A stretch of DNA of 64,000 nucleotides from an uncultured Desulfobacterales bacterium (GTDB lineage: Bacteria; Desulfobacterota; Desulfobacteria; Desulfobacterales; B30-G6), in NCBI GenBank assembly GCA_964435695.1, contig CAYTAQ010000001.1, positions 4,580-68,579 of the forward strand, given 5' to 3'. The position numbers and the translations under genes are program-made. Shown piece by piece: positions 1 to 9,850 of the stretch. The notes below the pieces were generated by a model. The model had not been told where the DNA came from. It saw only the letters and a program-made list of their open reading frames with translations, and searched no databases. The first letter of the stretch is position 1; every line of letters starts with the position of its first letter.

Positions 1-320
1 GCATTGTCATAAAAAATGATGTCCAGATCCAGAATTCTGGGACCGAATCGAATTGGATCGGTTTTTCTTCCGGCACTTGCTTGAATCCTTTTTATTTCAT
101 TCAGCAAGGCCTGCGGACCCAACGATGTCGCGATCTTAGCAGCGGCATTGACAAACCAGTCCTGATCCCCATAGTCCACCGGACTTGTCCGGTAGAAACG
201 GGAGTGTTTTATCAATTTTGACTTGCCGGAAACACCAAGACCCTCAATGCCTGCTCGGCAGTTTTGAATTTTATCGCCGATATTCGAACCGACGGATATG
301 TAGGCGATATGTTTTTTCAA
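1..320 (-). CDS. folK: 2-amino-4-hydroxy-6-hydroxymethyldihydropteridine diphosphokinase (HPPK), N-terminal part; gene runs off the left edge
   Basis: Not in the ORF track. My minus-strand translation from TTG (320-318) reads LKKHIAYISVGSNIGDKIQNCRAGIEGL...YRTSPVDYGDQDWFVNAA...RFGPRILDLDIIFYDN. This matches the HPPK hallmarks GSNxGD and RxGPRxLDLDI. Confidence 0.8.
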   Translation of the reverse strand, partial: MKKHIAYISVGSNIGDKIQNCRAGIEGLGVSGKSKLIKHSRFYRTSPVDYGDQDWFVNAAAKIATSLGPQALLNEIKRIQASAGRKTDPIRFGPRILDLDIIFYDN

Positions 321-344
321 AAGTTATTTAGGATAACGCGAAAT

Positions 345-410
345 TAGCTGATAGCTGATAGGTCATAGCTCATAGGTCGTAACTCACAGCCCCTATCAGC
401 TATGATCTAT
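345..410. repeat. word-built palindromic intergenic element ('CTATCAGCTATGAGC' theme), copy 1
   Basis: AGCTGATAGG (353-362) pairs with CCTATCAGCT (392-401). It shares CTCATAGGTCGTAaCTCACAGC with the copy at 1334-1410. Confidence 0.8.
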
Positions 411-459
411 AAGCTTAAATAAACTCAGCCTAAAATCTTTGAACTTTCTGCAAGAATTC

Positions 460-1287
460 CTATGGCTTCCAGGCTTCTTCCCACAGCTCTCCTTCATAGA
501 TAACACGCGCATCTCCCTCCAGGAATACATCTGTAAATGACCTGTCGTTTTGTTTAAATGATATGCAAAGATGTTCTCCGCTGCGTGTCATGACCGTTAC
601 AGGGGGCACAAAACCGTTTTGCCTCGCCGCAATCAAAGCCGCAGCAACGGATCCGGTCCCACACGCCAATGTTTCATTTTCCACCCCGCGCTCATAGGTC
701 CGAATCGCCAGGGTGTTCTCGCCGATAACACGAATAAAATTAACATTTGTTCCCGACGGTGAAAACACCTCATGATACCGAACGGCCCTTCCAATTCTCA
801 CCGCATCCACCGCGTCGATATCTTCAGTCCAGACTACTACGTGCGGCACACCGGTATTCATGAAGTGATAATTCAGAAGATTGTTTTCCAATAAAAGCGT
901 GCAACCTTCCTTTAAATCCGTTGGATCGCTCATCTTTATCTTGACCCGGTTACCAACAATTTGTGCCGTGATAAGACCCACGTCGGTTTCAAAAGACACC
1001 TCCGGTCCTGCGATCCCGTTCAAAAAAGCAAACCGGCTGACACACCTCGCACCATTGCCGCACATTTCCGCACGGCTGCCGTCCGCATTATAGAATCGCC
1101 ACCTGAAATCCGCAATTTCGCTTTCTTCCACCAGAACAAAGCCGTCCGCACCCACCGACATTTTCCGTCTGCAAGCACCGACAATCATCTGATGAAGGAT
1201 TGTTTCCTGAACCACGTGGTCTCTGTTGTCGATAATGATAAAATCATTACCGCTCCCGCTCATTTTGTAGAAAGGAATGAAGTTCAT
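460..1287 (-). CDS. dapF: diaminopimelate epimerase
   Basis: ORF 460..1374 contains MNFIPFYKMSGSGNDFIIIDNR plus the two active-site Cys motifs MCGNGARC and ACGTGS. I moved the start to the ATG at 1287 because codons 1288-1374 read through an intergenic palindromic repeat. Confidence 0.93.
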   Translation of the reverse strand: MNFIPFYKMSGSGNDFIIIDNRDHVVQETILHQMIVGACRRKMSVGADGFVLVEESEIADFRWRFYNADGSRAEMCGNGARCVSRFAFLNGIAGPEVSFETDVGLITAQIVGNRVKIKMSDPTDLKEGCTLLLENNLLNYHFMNTGVPHVVVWTEDIDAVDAVRIGRAVRYHEVFSPSGTNVNFIRVIGENTLAIRTYERGVENETLACGTGSVAAALIAARQNGFVPPVTVMTRSGEHLCISFKQNDRSFTDVFLEGDARVIYEGELWEEAWKP

Positions 1288-1333
1288 TTTAGTTTCCCAA
1301 TCACAACCCAATACTGTGAACTTACAAAAAGAT

Positions 1334-1410
1334 GCAAGCTGATAACTCATAGGTCGTAGCTCACAGCAAACCACCCCACCTCCCTATGACCTATCAGCTA
1401 TGAGCTGAAA
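1334..1410. repeat. same element, copy 2 (direct orientation)
   Basis: AGCTGATAACTCATAGGTCGTAGCTCACAGC ... CCTATGACCTATCAGCTATGAGCTG. Confidence 0.8.
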
Positions 1411-1451
1411 ACGCACTCAGCCCTATCATGTTTCACCTCTCACGCCTATCT

Positions 1452-2711
1452 TTATTCTAAAAACGCCGCTATCGACTCCCCCCTTATTAGGTCTTCATAT
1501 TCCTGCCGCTGGTTGATGACATAATAGCGATCCTCCTTGACCATGACTTCAGGTACTTTGAGCCGCGAGCAGTAATTGGAGGACATGGTATATCCATAAG
1601 CACCTGCGCTCATCACTGCCAGGAGATCACCTTTTTGAACATCCTGCATAACGCGATCGGTTGCCAAAAAATCTCCGGACTCACAAATCGGTCCCACAAC
1701 GTCCGCTTGAATGTTATGTTGCGTATCCATTTGGATAACCGGTTGAATGGCATGAAAAGCGTGATATAGAGACGGGCGCATCAAGTCGTTCATGCCGGCA
1801 TCGGTAATGACGAACTCTTTGCCTGTCCCCCTTTTGCGGTAAAGCACCTTGGCGACCAGAATGCCGGCATTTCCGACGATGACCCTTCCTGGTTCAAGAA
1901 TCAATTTAAGATTTTTGGATTTTACGGTTTCAAGAATGGCTGTTGCATACTCGGTCGGCTCGGGCGGGGATTCTTGATTGTACGTAATACCCAGACCGCC
2001 GCCCATATCAATATATTGAATCTCAACATTGATGCGGCCCAGACGTTCGATCAAGGCCATGATATTTTTCAAGGCGTCTTCAAAAGGCCTGGCTTCTGAA
2101 ATTTGTGATCCGATATGACAATCGATCCCCTTAATGTCGACATTCTTCAGCGTATTCGCCATCTGGTAGGCTTTAAAAGCGGTTTCCGTATCAATGCCGA
2201 ATTTGTTCTTTTTCAATCCGGTTGAAATATAGGGATGCGTCTTCGGATCCACGTCCGGATTGACCCGGATGGCGATGGGCGCCTTTTTGTTTAAATGCGC
2301 CGCACGTTCATCGATCAAGGCAAGTTCTTCGAGAGACTCCACATTGAACATGAGAATTCCCTCACGCAACGCATAATCTATTTCATCCACACGTTTCCCA
2401 ACACCTGAGTAGACAATTTTTTCCGCAGAAAAACCGGCTTTCAATCCTCTGAAAAGCTCGCCGCCGGAAACAATATCCAACCCGCTGCCCATGCCGGCCA
2501 GCAGTTTTAAAATGGATAAATTTGAATTGGCTTTGGCAGAAAAACATACCAACCTGTCAAGCCCTTCAAATGCTTCGTTGAATATGAGAAAGTGGCGTTT
2601 TAGGGTCGCATGACTGTAAAGGTAAAACGGCGTGCCAATGTCTCCAGCAATCTCACGGATCGAAACACCTTCACAATACAACATGTCTTTTTCGTAATGG
2701 AAATGGTGCAT
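1452..2711 (-). CDS. lysA: diaminopimelate decarboxylase
   Basis: 419 aa with Orn/DAP/Arg decarboxylase family features: FSAKANSN (PLP-Lys region), GGGLGI and GPICESGD. Confidence 0.93.
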   Translation of the reverse strand: MHHFHYEKDMLYCEGVSIREIAGDIGTPFYLYSHATLKRHFLIFNEAFEGLDRLVCFSAKANSNLSILKLLAGMGSGLDIVSGGELFRGLKAGFSAEKIVYSGVGKRVDEIDYALREGILMFNVESLEELALIDERAAHLNKKAPIAIRVNPDVDPKTHPYISTGLKKNKFGIDTETAFKAYQMANTLKNVDIKGIDCHIGSQISEARPFEDALKNIMALIERLGRINVEIQYIDMGGGLGITYNQESPPEPTEYATAILETVKSKNLKLILEPGRVIVGNAGILVAKVLYRKRGTGKEFVITDAGMNDLMRPSLYHAFHAIQPVIQMDTQHNIQADVVGPICESGDFLATDRVMQDVQKGDLLAVMSAGAYGYTMSSNYCSRLKVPEVMVKEDRYYVINQRQEYEDLIRGESIAAFLE

Positions 2712-2725
2712 GACAATCTCCGCAA

Positions 2726-3163
2726 TTACTCATACATAAAGTCAACCATATTTGATTTTTCGCCCTCTTGATCGGTTTGATCATACAGTACCACTTGATA
2801 GGCGTACTGATATCCTTTTTCCAAAGCCTCCCGGTAATTCATATGCCTTGATTCGAACGGAATATTTGTAACAAAAACCAAACCCAACGGGCAATCCTTG
2901 CATGCTGCATCCCTTACGGACGTCTTGAAACGATATACCCTGGCCCCTGTGATATCATAAACCCTTCTTTTTGTGGATTCCGGAATGGTCCATTCAAGCG
3001 TCAGGTTGTCTCCCATGATCCGATAGTGAAGATCATTGACAACCGGTAGCCCGGGATAGCCGGGTGGAAGGGGCGGTCCTTTTTTGCCGCAGGCCGTAAA
3101 ACACCACATCAACATGAACAGCATACCGACAATCATGGAATGTCGGGTGATATTTTTCAGCAT
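2726..3163 (-). CDS. lipoprotein with LptM/LppL-type N-terminus and an extra C-terminal domain
   Basis: Signal peptide with lipobox FTAC followed by GKKGPPLPP. It lies immediately upstream of lysA-dapF, as small lipoprotein genes do in other proteobacteria. Confidence 0.6.
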   Translation of the reverse strand: MLKNITRHSMIVGMLFMLMWCFTACGKKGPPLPPGYPGLPVVNDLHYRIMGDNLTLEWTIPESTKRRVYDITGARVYRFKTSVRDAACKDCPLGLVFVTNIPFESRHMNYREALEKGYQYAYQVVLYDQTDQEGEKSNMVDFMYE

Positions 3164-3213
3164 GAGGTACCTTTAATACCGGTTTTCATCGGAATGTTAT
3201 TCTGACAAACGCT

Positions 3214-4614
3214 CTATTCGTTGCTGCTTTGGGTCAATGCATTCATATCTTTTTCTGCATTCGCGATGGCCTTTAAAACATTTTCTGTTGCCGTACCACC
3301 AAACGATTTTCGTCGATTGATCATCTGTTCGATGGATAGATGCTCAAAGACATCTTTCTCTATCAGAGACGAAAGAGACTTTAACTCCTTTAAAGAAAGT
3401 TCATGAAGTTCTTTTCCGGTGTTAGCGGCATACCCCACCGCCTTCCCAGCACAATTGTGGGCCTCTCGAAATGCCATGCCCCTATTAACGAGATAATCCG
3501 CCAAATCGGTGGCATTCAGAAAACCGGTTGTAGCACCACGTCTCATATTTTCGTTTTTTATATTGAGATGCGGAAGCATTTTTACATAAATGCCCAAACA
3601 GCTCGTCAAGGTATCCACCGTTCTGAACAACGGCAATTTATCTTCCTGCATGTCGCGGTTATATGCCAAGGGCAATGCCTTCATCAATGTTAATACACTG
3701 AACAAATCTCCAAAAACACTGCCTGCTTTACCACGGACCAATTCAGGGACATCCGGATTTTTTTTCTGCGGCATGATACTGCTCCCGGTGGCAAAAGCAT
3801 CCGGAATTTCGATGAAACCGAATTCAGATGTGGACCAGAGGATCAATTCTTCAGATAATCGACTCAAGTGAATCATACAAATACTGGCGGCTGAAAGGAA
3901 CTCCATGATAAAATCCCTGTCCGACACTGCATCGATACTGTTGGGTGATACCGCAGGAAACTTTAAAATTTCAGCGGTATAATGCCTGTCGATGGGATAG
4001 GTGGTACCGGCGAGTGCTGCGCACCCCAACGGCATTACGTTGATTCGCGCCAGCGCATCGCTAAAACGCTCCCCATCTCTTTTGAACATCTCATAGTATG
4101 CCATGAGATGGTGAGAAAAAAGGACCGGCTGTGCGTGCTGCAAATGGGTGTATCCGGGCATTATGACATCGATGTTTTTTGCAGACAGCTCGATGATAAC
4201 CCATTTTAATTCAGTCAACCCACGAGCCACGTTCGACACCGCGTCCCGTAGAAACATTCGCGCATCCAAAACCACCTGATCATTTCTGCTCCGTGCCGTA
4301 TGCAGTTTTTGGGCAACTTTTCCAACTTCCTGCAGCAGACGCGCTTCGATATGCATGTGGATATCCTCCAGGCTGTTGTCGAACTGAAATCCTCCGTGTT
4401 CTATCTCACGCTTGACGACACCCAGCCCCTGGATTAAGGTGGCAGCTTCATCTTCTGTAATGACACCCGCCCTGGCGAGTGTTTTACAATGCGCAATACT
4501 CCCTTCGATGTCATAAGGATAAAGCCTGCTGTCTATGTCGATGGAGGCGGTAAAAGCTTCTACGCCTCTATCCGTTCTTTCAGAAAATCTCCCGTCCCAC
4601 AATTTCTCCTGCAT
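3214..4614 (-). CDS. argH: argininosuccinate lyase
   Basis: 466 aa. N-terminus is MQEKLWDGRFSE, and the fumarate-lyase signature GSSIMPQKKNPD is present. Confidence 0.95.
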   Translation of the reverse strand: MQEKLWDGRFSERTDRGVEAFTASIDIDSRLYPYDIEGSIAHCKTLARAGVITEDEAATLIQGLGVVKREIEHGGFQFDNSLEDIHMHIEARLLQEVGKVAQKLHTARSRNDQVVLDARMFLRDAVSNVARGLTELKWVIIELSAKNIDVIMPGYTHLQHAQPVLFSHHLMAYYEMFKRDGERFSDALARINVMPLGCAALAGTTYPIDRHYTAEILKFPAVSPNSIDAVSDRDFIMEFLSAASICMIHLSRLSEELILWSTSEFGFIEIPDAFATGSSIMPQKKNPDVPELVRGKAGSVFGDLFSVLTLMKALPLAYNRDMQEDKLPLFRTVDTLTSCLGIYVKMLPHLNIKNENMRRGATTGFLNATDLADYLVNRGMAFREAHNCAGKAVGYAANTGKELHELSLKELKSLSSLIEKDVFEHLSIEQMINRRKSFGGTATENVLKAIANAEKDMNALTQSSNE

Positions 4615-4623
4615 CGCGAATCC

Positions 4624-5832
4624 TCACGCTCCTTTATGAGCCAGCTTTCTGATCCTCAGCCGCAGTGCATTTAGGCGGATAAACCCTTCAGCGTCTTTTT
4701 GGCTGTAGACAGTGTCATCTTCAAATGTTGCAAAATCCTCACGATAAAGCGAATCATCCGATTTTCTCCCGAGAACGATACAATTGCCCTTGTAAAGGGC
4801 TATCCGGACAGTGCCGTTCACACGCTTCTGGCTTTCATCGATCATGGTTTGCAGCAGCTCTCTTTCCGGAGAAAACCAAAAACCATTGTAGATAAGTTCC
4901 GCGTACTTCGGTATCAGCGAATCCCGCAAATGCATGACTTCTCGATCCATTGTAAGGGATTCCATCGTCATGTGGGCTATCCTCAGGATGGTACCGCCGG
5001 GCGTTTCGTAAACCCCTCTCGATTTCATTCCGACAAAGCGATTTTCGACGATATCAATCCGACCGATCCCATTTCTGCCGCCAAAACGGTTGAGCGTTTT
5101 GAGCATCGTTGCAGGGGACAACCGCTTCCCATTAATCGCAACCGGATCACCGTTTTCAAAAGAGATTTCAATCGTCTCTATCTGGTCCGGCGCTTCCATC
5201 GGTGATACAGTCATCGAAAAGATGTCTCCAGGAGCCTCGGCCCAAGGGTCTTCAAGAATACCGCCCTCATAACTCTTATGCAGCAAGTTGCCGTCGGTAC
5301 TGTAAGGTTTTTTATGGGTTGTTGGAACTTTAATGCTGTGCTTTTTAGCAAAATCCATCAAGGCTGTGCGCGAGTTGAGGCGCCATTCACGCCATGGTGC
5401 AATGATCTTTAGGTGGGGATTGAGCGCCAGATAACCGAGTTCGAACCTGACCTGATCGTTTCCTTTTCCCGTGGCGCCGTGACTGATGCCATCGGCTTCC
5501 TCTATCTCCGCAATCTCTACTTGACGCTTTGCAATCAGCGGACGCGCAAGGGATGTGCCCAATAAGTATTGCCCTTCATAAATGGCATTGGCCCTGAACG
5601 CGGGGAAAACATAATCTTTTACGAATTCCTCTGTCAAATCTTCGATATATACCTTTGATGCACCGGTTTTGAGTGCATTTTCTCTCACTTGTCCCAAATC
5701 GTCATCCTGCCCGACATCTGCTGAAAACGTAATCACATCGCACGCATAGGTTTCGATCAGCCACTTTAATATTACCGACGTATCGAGCCCGCCTGAATAC
5801 GCCAGGACTACTTTTTTAATGTTTATCGACAC
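4624..5832 (-). CDS. argG: argininosuccinate synthase
   Basis: 402 aa with the [12 protein letters not shown]-binding motif and [13 protein letters not shown]. Confidence 0.95.
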   Translation of the reverse strand: MSINIKKVVLAYSGGLDTSVILKWLIETYACDVITFSADVGQDDDLGQVRENALKTGASKVYIEDLTEEFVKDYVFPAFRANAIYEGQYLLGTSLARPLIAKRQVEIAEIEEADGISHGATGKGNDQVRFELGYLALNPHLKIIAPWREWRLNSRTALMDFAKKHSIKVPTTHKKPYSTDGNLLHKSYEGGILEDPWAEAPGDIFSMTVSPMEAPDQIETIEISFENGDPVAINGKRLSPATMLKTLNRFGGRNGIGRIDIVENRFVGMKSRGVYETPGGTILRIAHMTMESLTMDREVMHLRDSLIPKYAELIYNGFWFSPERELLQTMIDESQKRVNGTVRIALYKGNCIVLGRKSDDSLYREDFATFEDDTVYSQKDAEGFIRLNALRLRIRKLAHKGA

Positions 5833-5882
5833 AGTTTTCTCCTTGTTGTGGTCTTTGGCGACGTGTATGGCAAAAAGAGCTC

Positions 5883-5973
5883 GAACCGCGAAGACGCCAA
5901 GATCGCCAAGATATTTTTATTATCGAATCAGAACGATTCGGAAAAAACTTCGCGTCCTTCGCGCCTTAGCGGT
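5883..5973. repeat. word-built palindrome (CGCGAAGACGCCAAG / CTTCGCGTCCTTCGCG theme) between argD and argG
   Basis: The arms are imperfect inverted repeats. An inner hairpin CGAATC-agaac-GATTCG lies at 5924-5940. Confidence 0.75.
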
Positions 5974-6013
5974 TAATTTTTTTTTAGGCCACAAAATCGC
6001 TAAAAACCTCCTG

Positions 6014-7213
6014 CTAATGCGCTTGGATTTCATCAAGCACTTCATCCAGGCAGCTTATCAGAGAATCAATTTGCTTTTCTGTAACGATCAGCGGCGGAAC
6101 AAACCGCAGGATGGTTTCCTGGATACAATTGATGAGAAAACCATGTTCCATGCACTTACGGACGATGATATCCCCTTTTTGATTCAATTTGATCCCCACC
6201 AGCAAACCGAGGCCCCGCACCTCTTCAATACACGCGTGGCGCTCTTTTAATTGAGTGAGTTGCTCTCTGAAATATTTCCCGACCCGCTCGCAATGGGCAA
6301 CCACTCCCTCCTGTTCAATGGTCCTGACAACTTCAAGCGCTGCAGCCGTTACAATCGGTGTCCCCCCGAATGTCGTAGCATGGGAGCCAGGACCGAATGC
6401 CTTGGCAATTTTTTCAACAGCCAGCATAGCGCCGATCGGCAAACCGTTTCCCAAAGCTTTTGCCAAGGTCATGATATCGGGCTGGATTTCGAAATGCTCA
6501 TATGCAAACAGCCTACCCGTTCGCCCCAGACCGGTCTGTATTTCGTCCAAAATAAACAGTGCCCCTGTTTCATTGCATAATTTTCGAACCGCTTTCATAT
6601 ACCCGGAAGACGGGCATCGAACACCGCCTTCGCCCTGAACAGGTTCTATCATTACCGCTGCTGTGGAAGGTCCGATCTTCTTTTCTAACGACGCCGCATC
6701 ATCAAAGGGTACAAATTCAAAACCAGCCAAAACCGGATCAAACCCCTTGCGAATCTTTTCCTGGCCTGTTGCGGAGAGAGCTGCCATGGTCCTGCCATGA
6801 AAGGACTGTTCCATCGCGATTATCTCATACCGATCCGCCTTTCCCTGATCCTTAAAATATTTCCTGGTCAGTTTTATCGCTGCTTCATTCGCTTCTGCAC
6901 CGCTGTTACAGAAAAAAACCCTGTCCGCAAAACTGTTCTCAACCAGCCATGATGCGAGCTCGGTTTGAGGTATCGTATAGTATAGGTTCGACACATGCCA
7001 AAGCGTTTCTGCCTGCTGAGACAGCGCCTTTGCAATTCTTGGATGTGCGTGGCCGAGATTGCACACCGCAATACCCGCCACAAAATCCAGATACGACCGG
7101 CCTTCTGAATCCCACACATTACATCCATTTCCTTTTACAATGACCAGCGGAAATCTTTGATATGTTGAGGCAATAACCGTATCCGCTGTTTTCATTGCGT
7201 CCGAACGCTTCAT
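6014..7213 (-). CDS. argD: acetylornithine aminotransferase (class III PLP aminotransferase)
   Basis: 399 aa with [26 protein letters not shown] and TFGG. The start overlaps the argB stop by 4 nt, and the gene sits in arg context. Confidence 0.88.
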   Translation of the reverse strand: MKRSDAMKTADTVIASTYQRFPLVIVKGNGCNVWDSEGRSYLDFVAGIAVCNLGHAHPRIAKALSQQAETLWHVSNLYYTIPQTELASWLVENSFADRVFFCNSGAEANEAAIKLTRKYFKDQGKADRYEIIAMEQSFHGRTMAALSATGQEKIRKGFDPVLAGFEFVPFDDAASLEKKIGPSTAAVMIEPVQGEGGVRCPSSGYMKAVRKLCNETGALFILDEIQTGLGRTGRLFAYEHFEIQPDIMTLAKALGNGLPIGAMLAVEKIAKAFGPGSHATTFGGTPIVTAAALEVVRTIEQEGVVAHCERVGKYFREQLTQLKERHACIEEVRGLGLLVGIKLNQKGDIIVRKCMEHGFLINCIQETILRFVPPLIVTEKQIDSLISCLDEVLDEIQAH

Positions 7214-8091
7214 CCGACAACCTCCGTTCCAATACCACTGTTGGTAAACAACTCAAGCAGCAAGGCATGCCGCCGCCTGCCATTAATAATCTGAACTTTT
7301 TCAACGCCGTTTTTCAGCGACTCGAGGGCACACTCGATTTTCGGTATCATGCCGCCTGAGATACGCTGGTCGCTCATCATTTCACCTGCCAGTCCTGAAT
7401 CGACGGAAGAAATCAAATTCCCTGATGCATCCAGCAAGCCGTCAACATCCGTAATCAGGATCAATCGGGCTGCCGAAAGCGCCATGGCCATTCTGCTGGC
7501 AACCAGATCGGCATTGATATTAAAGGTTTCACCGGAATCTCCCGCACCGACGGGTGCGATGATCGGGATAAATCCTTGTCGTGTGAGGGTGTGGATAATT
7601 TCAGGGTTGATGTGCGTCACTTCGCCCACCAGACCGGGATCGATGATTTCCGGCGGCTTATTTTCCTCCTGGTACACGATTTTCATCTTCCGTGCCCGGA
7701 TGAGCCCGCCGTCTTTGCCGGTCAGCCCCACCGCCTTACCGCCTTCACGATTAATCTGTGCTACAATTCCCTTGTTGACCTTGCCGCCCAGAACCATCTC
7801 CACCACATCCATGGTAGGCTCGTCTGTAAGACGCATTCCCTTCACAAAGGTGGAACATATCCCCATTTTTTCGAGCACCAGGTTTATCTGGGGACCCCCG
7901 CCGTGCACCACCACCGGATTCAAGCCGATAAATTTAAGCAAGGTAATATCCCTGGCGAAATCCTCTTTAAGCTGTTCATCGACCATGGCGTGACCGCCAT
8001 ATTTAACAACAATGGTCATACCGTAAAACCGTCGGATATAGGGCAGTGCTTCAATCAGAATATCAGCTACATTTGGAGTCCCCATATACAA
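7210..8091 (-). CDS. argB: acetylglutamate kinase
   Basis: 293 aa with [18 protein letters not shown] and NINAD motifs. Confidence 0.93.
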   Translation of the reverse strand: MYMGTPNVADILIEALPYIRRFYGMTIVVKYGGHAMVDEQLKEDFARDITLLKFIGLNPVVVHGGGPQINLVLEKMGICSTFVKGMRLTDEPTMDVVEMVLGGKVNKGIVAQINREGGKAVGLTGKDGGLIRARKMKIVYQEENKPPEIIDPGLVGEVTHINPEIIHTLTRQGFIPIIAPVGAGDSGETFNINADLVASRMAMALSAARLILITDVDGLLDASGNLISSVDSGLAGEMMSDQRISGGMIPKIECALESLKNGVEKVQIINGRRRHALLLELFTNSGIGTEVVG

Positions 8092-8110
8092 AACCTCAAC
8101 TTCTTTATGC

Positions 8111-8193
8111 TTTTAGGTGTTAGGTTTTAAGTTTTAAGTGTTTATAATTACATGCGATACCGTTTCCTAAAACCTAACACTTAAAACCTAAAG
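8111..8193. repeat. word-built palindrome (TTAGGTTTTAAG theme) between hslU and argB
   Basis: TTTTAGGTGTTAGGTTTTAAGTTTTAAGTG faces CCTAAAACCTAACACTTAAAACCTAAAG. Confidence 0.8.
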
Positions 8194-8194
8194 C

Positions 8195-9565
8195 TTATAG
8201 TATATATCGACTCAAATCCTCATCATCCTTGATGCCTTTGAGTTTTTCTTTTACAAAATCGGCGTTGACAACAATCCGCTTTTCTTTTTGATCCGGTGCA
8301 TCGAACAAAATATCTTCCAGCAGGCATTCCATGATCGTATGCAGCCGCCTTGCGCCGATGTTTTCAGTTCTGTTGTTAACTTCCTCTGCCGTTTTCGCGA
8401 TATCCCAAACCGCCTCATCTTCGAATTCTATTTCCACGCCCTCGGTTTTCAGTAACTCGATATACTGCAGCAACAGTGCGTTCTTGGGTTCGGTCAAGAT
8501 GCGGAAGAATTCATCAGAACCCAGCGAGCTGAGTTCCACCCGAATCGGAAATCGACCCTGAAGCTCCGGTATCAGATCAGAAGGCTTGACCGTATGGAAC
8601 GCACCTGAGCCAATAAACAGAATATGGTCTGTTTTGACGGGTCCGTACTTTGTCGTGACGGTAGAGCCTTCAACAATGGGAAGCAAGTCCCGCTGAACAC
8701 CCTCTCGAGAAACATCCGGACCACTCCCTCCGTTCTTTCCCGCAATCTTATCGATTTCATCAAGAAAAATAATACCGGACTGTTCAACTTTTTCGATGGC
8801 AAGATTAACGACCCTGTCCATATCCACCAGGTTTTGGGCTTCCTCGTCGATGAGTATTCCCAAGGCTTCTTTCACTTTCATCTTCCGGCGCTTTTTGTTC
8901 TTGGGCAGAATATTGCCGATCATGTCGCGGATGTTGATACCCATCTCCTCCATGCCGGCATTTGAAAAAATTTCTACCATGGGCATGGAGCGATCCGAGA
9001 TATCCAAGTCAATAAATCTGTCATCCAGCTTTCCACGACGGAGCAGATCCCTCAGCTTCTCACGTGTTGTGGATGACCCACCCTGAACCACATCGCCGCT
9101 CATATCCTCTTGTTCTGTTTGAGCGGGACTTCTGATGTCGGATTTCGGCAGGAGCAGATCAAGCATCCGCTCCTCGGCAATCCGCTCTGCTTTTTTTCTC
9201 ACGGCCGACTGTTCTATCAGCTTGACGCCGTTGACCGTCAACTCCACAAGATCACGAACCATTGATTCGACATCGCGACCGACATAACCCACTTCCGTAT
9301 ACTTGGATGCCTCTACTTTGTTGAAGGGAGAATCGGTCAATTTTGAGAGGCGCCTCGCAATTTCCGTCTTTCCGACACCGGTCGGACCGATCAGAATGAT
9401 GTTTTTCGGTTCAATCTCGTCACGAAATTCCTGCGGCACCTGCTGCCGACGCCACCGGTTCCGTAAGGCAATGGCAACGGATCGTTTGGCCTTGTCCTGA
9501 CCGATGATGTATTTGTCCAGAGCTGCTACAATCTCTGATGGTTTAAGGTCACTCATATCAAACAC
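8195..9565 (-). CDS. hslU: ATP-dependent protease ATPase subunit HslU
   Basis: 456 aa with Walker [15 protein letters not shown] and Walker [11 protein letters not shown]. The C-terminus ends in L, as is typical of HslU. Confidence 0.95.
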   Translation of the reverse strand: MFDMSDLKPSEIVAALDKYIIGQDKAKRSVAIALRNRWRRQQVPQEFRDEIEPKNIILIGPTGVGKTEIARRLSKLTDSPFNKVEASKYTEVGYVGRDVESMVRDLVELTVNGVKLIEQSAVRKKAERIAEERMLDLLLPKSDIRSPAQTEQEDMSGDVVQGGSSTTREKLRDLLRRGKLDDRFIDLDISDRSMPMVEIFSNAGMEEMGINIRDMIGNILPKNKKRRKMKVKEALGILIDEEAQNLVDMDRVVNLAIEKVEQSGIIFLDEIDKIAGKNGGSGPDVSREGVQRDLLPIVEGSTVTTKYGPVKTDHILFIGSGAFHTVKPSDLIPELQGRFPIRVELSSLGSDEFFRILTEPKNALLLQYIELLKTEGVEIEFEDEAVWDIAKTAEEVNNRTENIGARRLHTIMECLLEDILFDAPDQKEKRIVVNADFVKEKLKGIKDDEDLSRYIL

Positions 9566-9640
9566 CTATATCGTGCTGAAGATCATCTCAAAATGAGTTG
9601 ATCCGTGTGTAATTTTCAATTTGCTGCGTGAAACTCTGAT

Positions 9641-9816
9641 AGGGTTCCAGGAGTCGAGGGTCCCAGGGTTCGAGTGAAAAAACAAAAAAACAATCATCAA
9701 AACACAAAATTATTCAATTTCTTTTTCGCCCTTTCGTGATAAATGGGTTCTTCACATCCCATCTATCACATGGTTATTCCTCACTTGAACCCTCGAATCC
9801 TTGAACCCTTGGATCC
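9641..9816. repeat. nested-hairpin element, family A, full copy (between hslV and hslU)
   Basis: Outer arms are AGGGTTCCAGGAGTCGAGGGTCCCAGGGTTCGAGTGAAAA and CTCACTTGAACCCTCGAATCCTTGAACCCTTGGATCC. The interior holds A-rich and ATCATCAAAACACAAA sequence, then TTTCTTTTTCG..CCTTTCGTGATAAATGGGTTCTTCACA..ATCTATCACA. Confidence 0.85.
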
Positions 9817-9850
9817 TTTTTTCAACTGATGTTTAAAAGAACCAACAAAA

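Noticed and set aside
1288-1374. N-terminal extensions of track ORFs: dapF to 1374, rfbD to 28353, leuS to 34169, lptE to 31477, coaBC to 15704, nfeD to 13561 and MFS to 17839.
   Set aside because: The extra codons read through palindromic repeats or neighbouring genes and lack an RBS. Internal Met codons align with canonical family N-termini and have Shine-Dalgarno sequences.
7349-7993. Long antisense ORFs inside well-supported genes, for example 7349..7993 and 7576..8130 in argB, 45376..45914 in ilvB/ilvN, 47616..48125 in cimA, 49869..50561 in leuA, 12866..13445 in nfeD and 52860..53339 in pyrD.
   Set aside because: They lie fully within genes that have strong family signatures on the other strand or frame. 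Their sequences are low-complexity (S/P/A/R-rich) and they carry no recognisable motifs. These are typical shadow ORFs.
9641-9816. GGTTCGAG/GGTTCGAGTG strings in the family A arms resemble a tRNA T-arm (GGTTCGAAT), which raised the possibility of tRNA genes or tRNA-derived SINE-like elements.
   Set aside because: No acceptor stem, D-arm or anticodon-arm geometry can be drawn around them. The strings are tandem word repeats that pair with the opposite arm of the palindrome.
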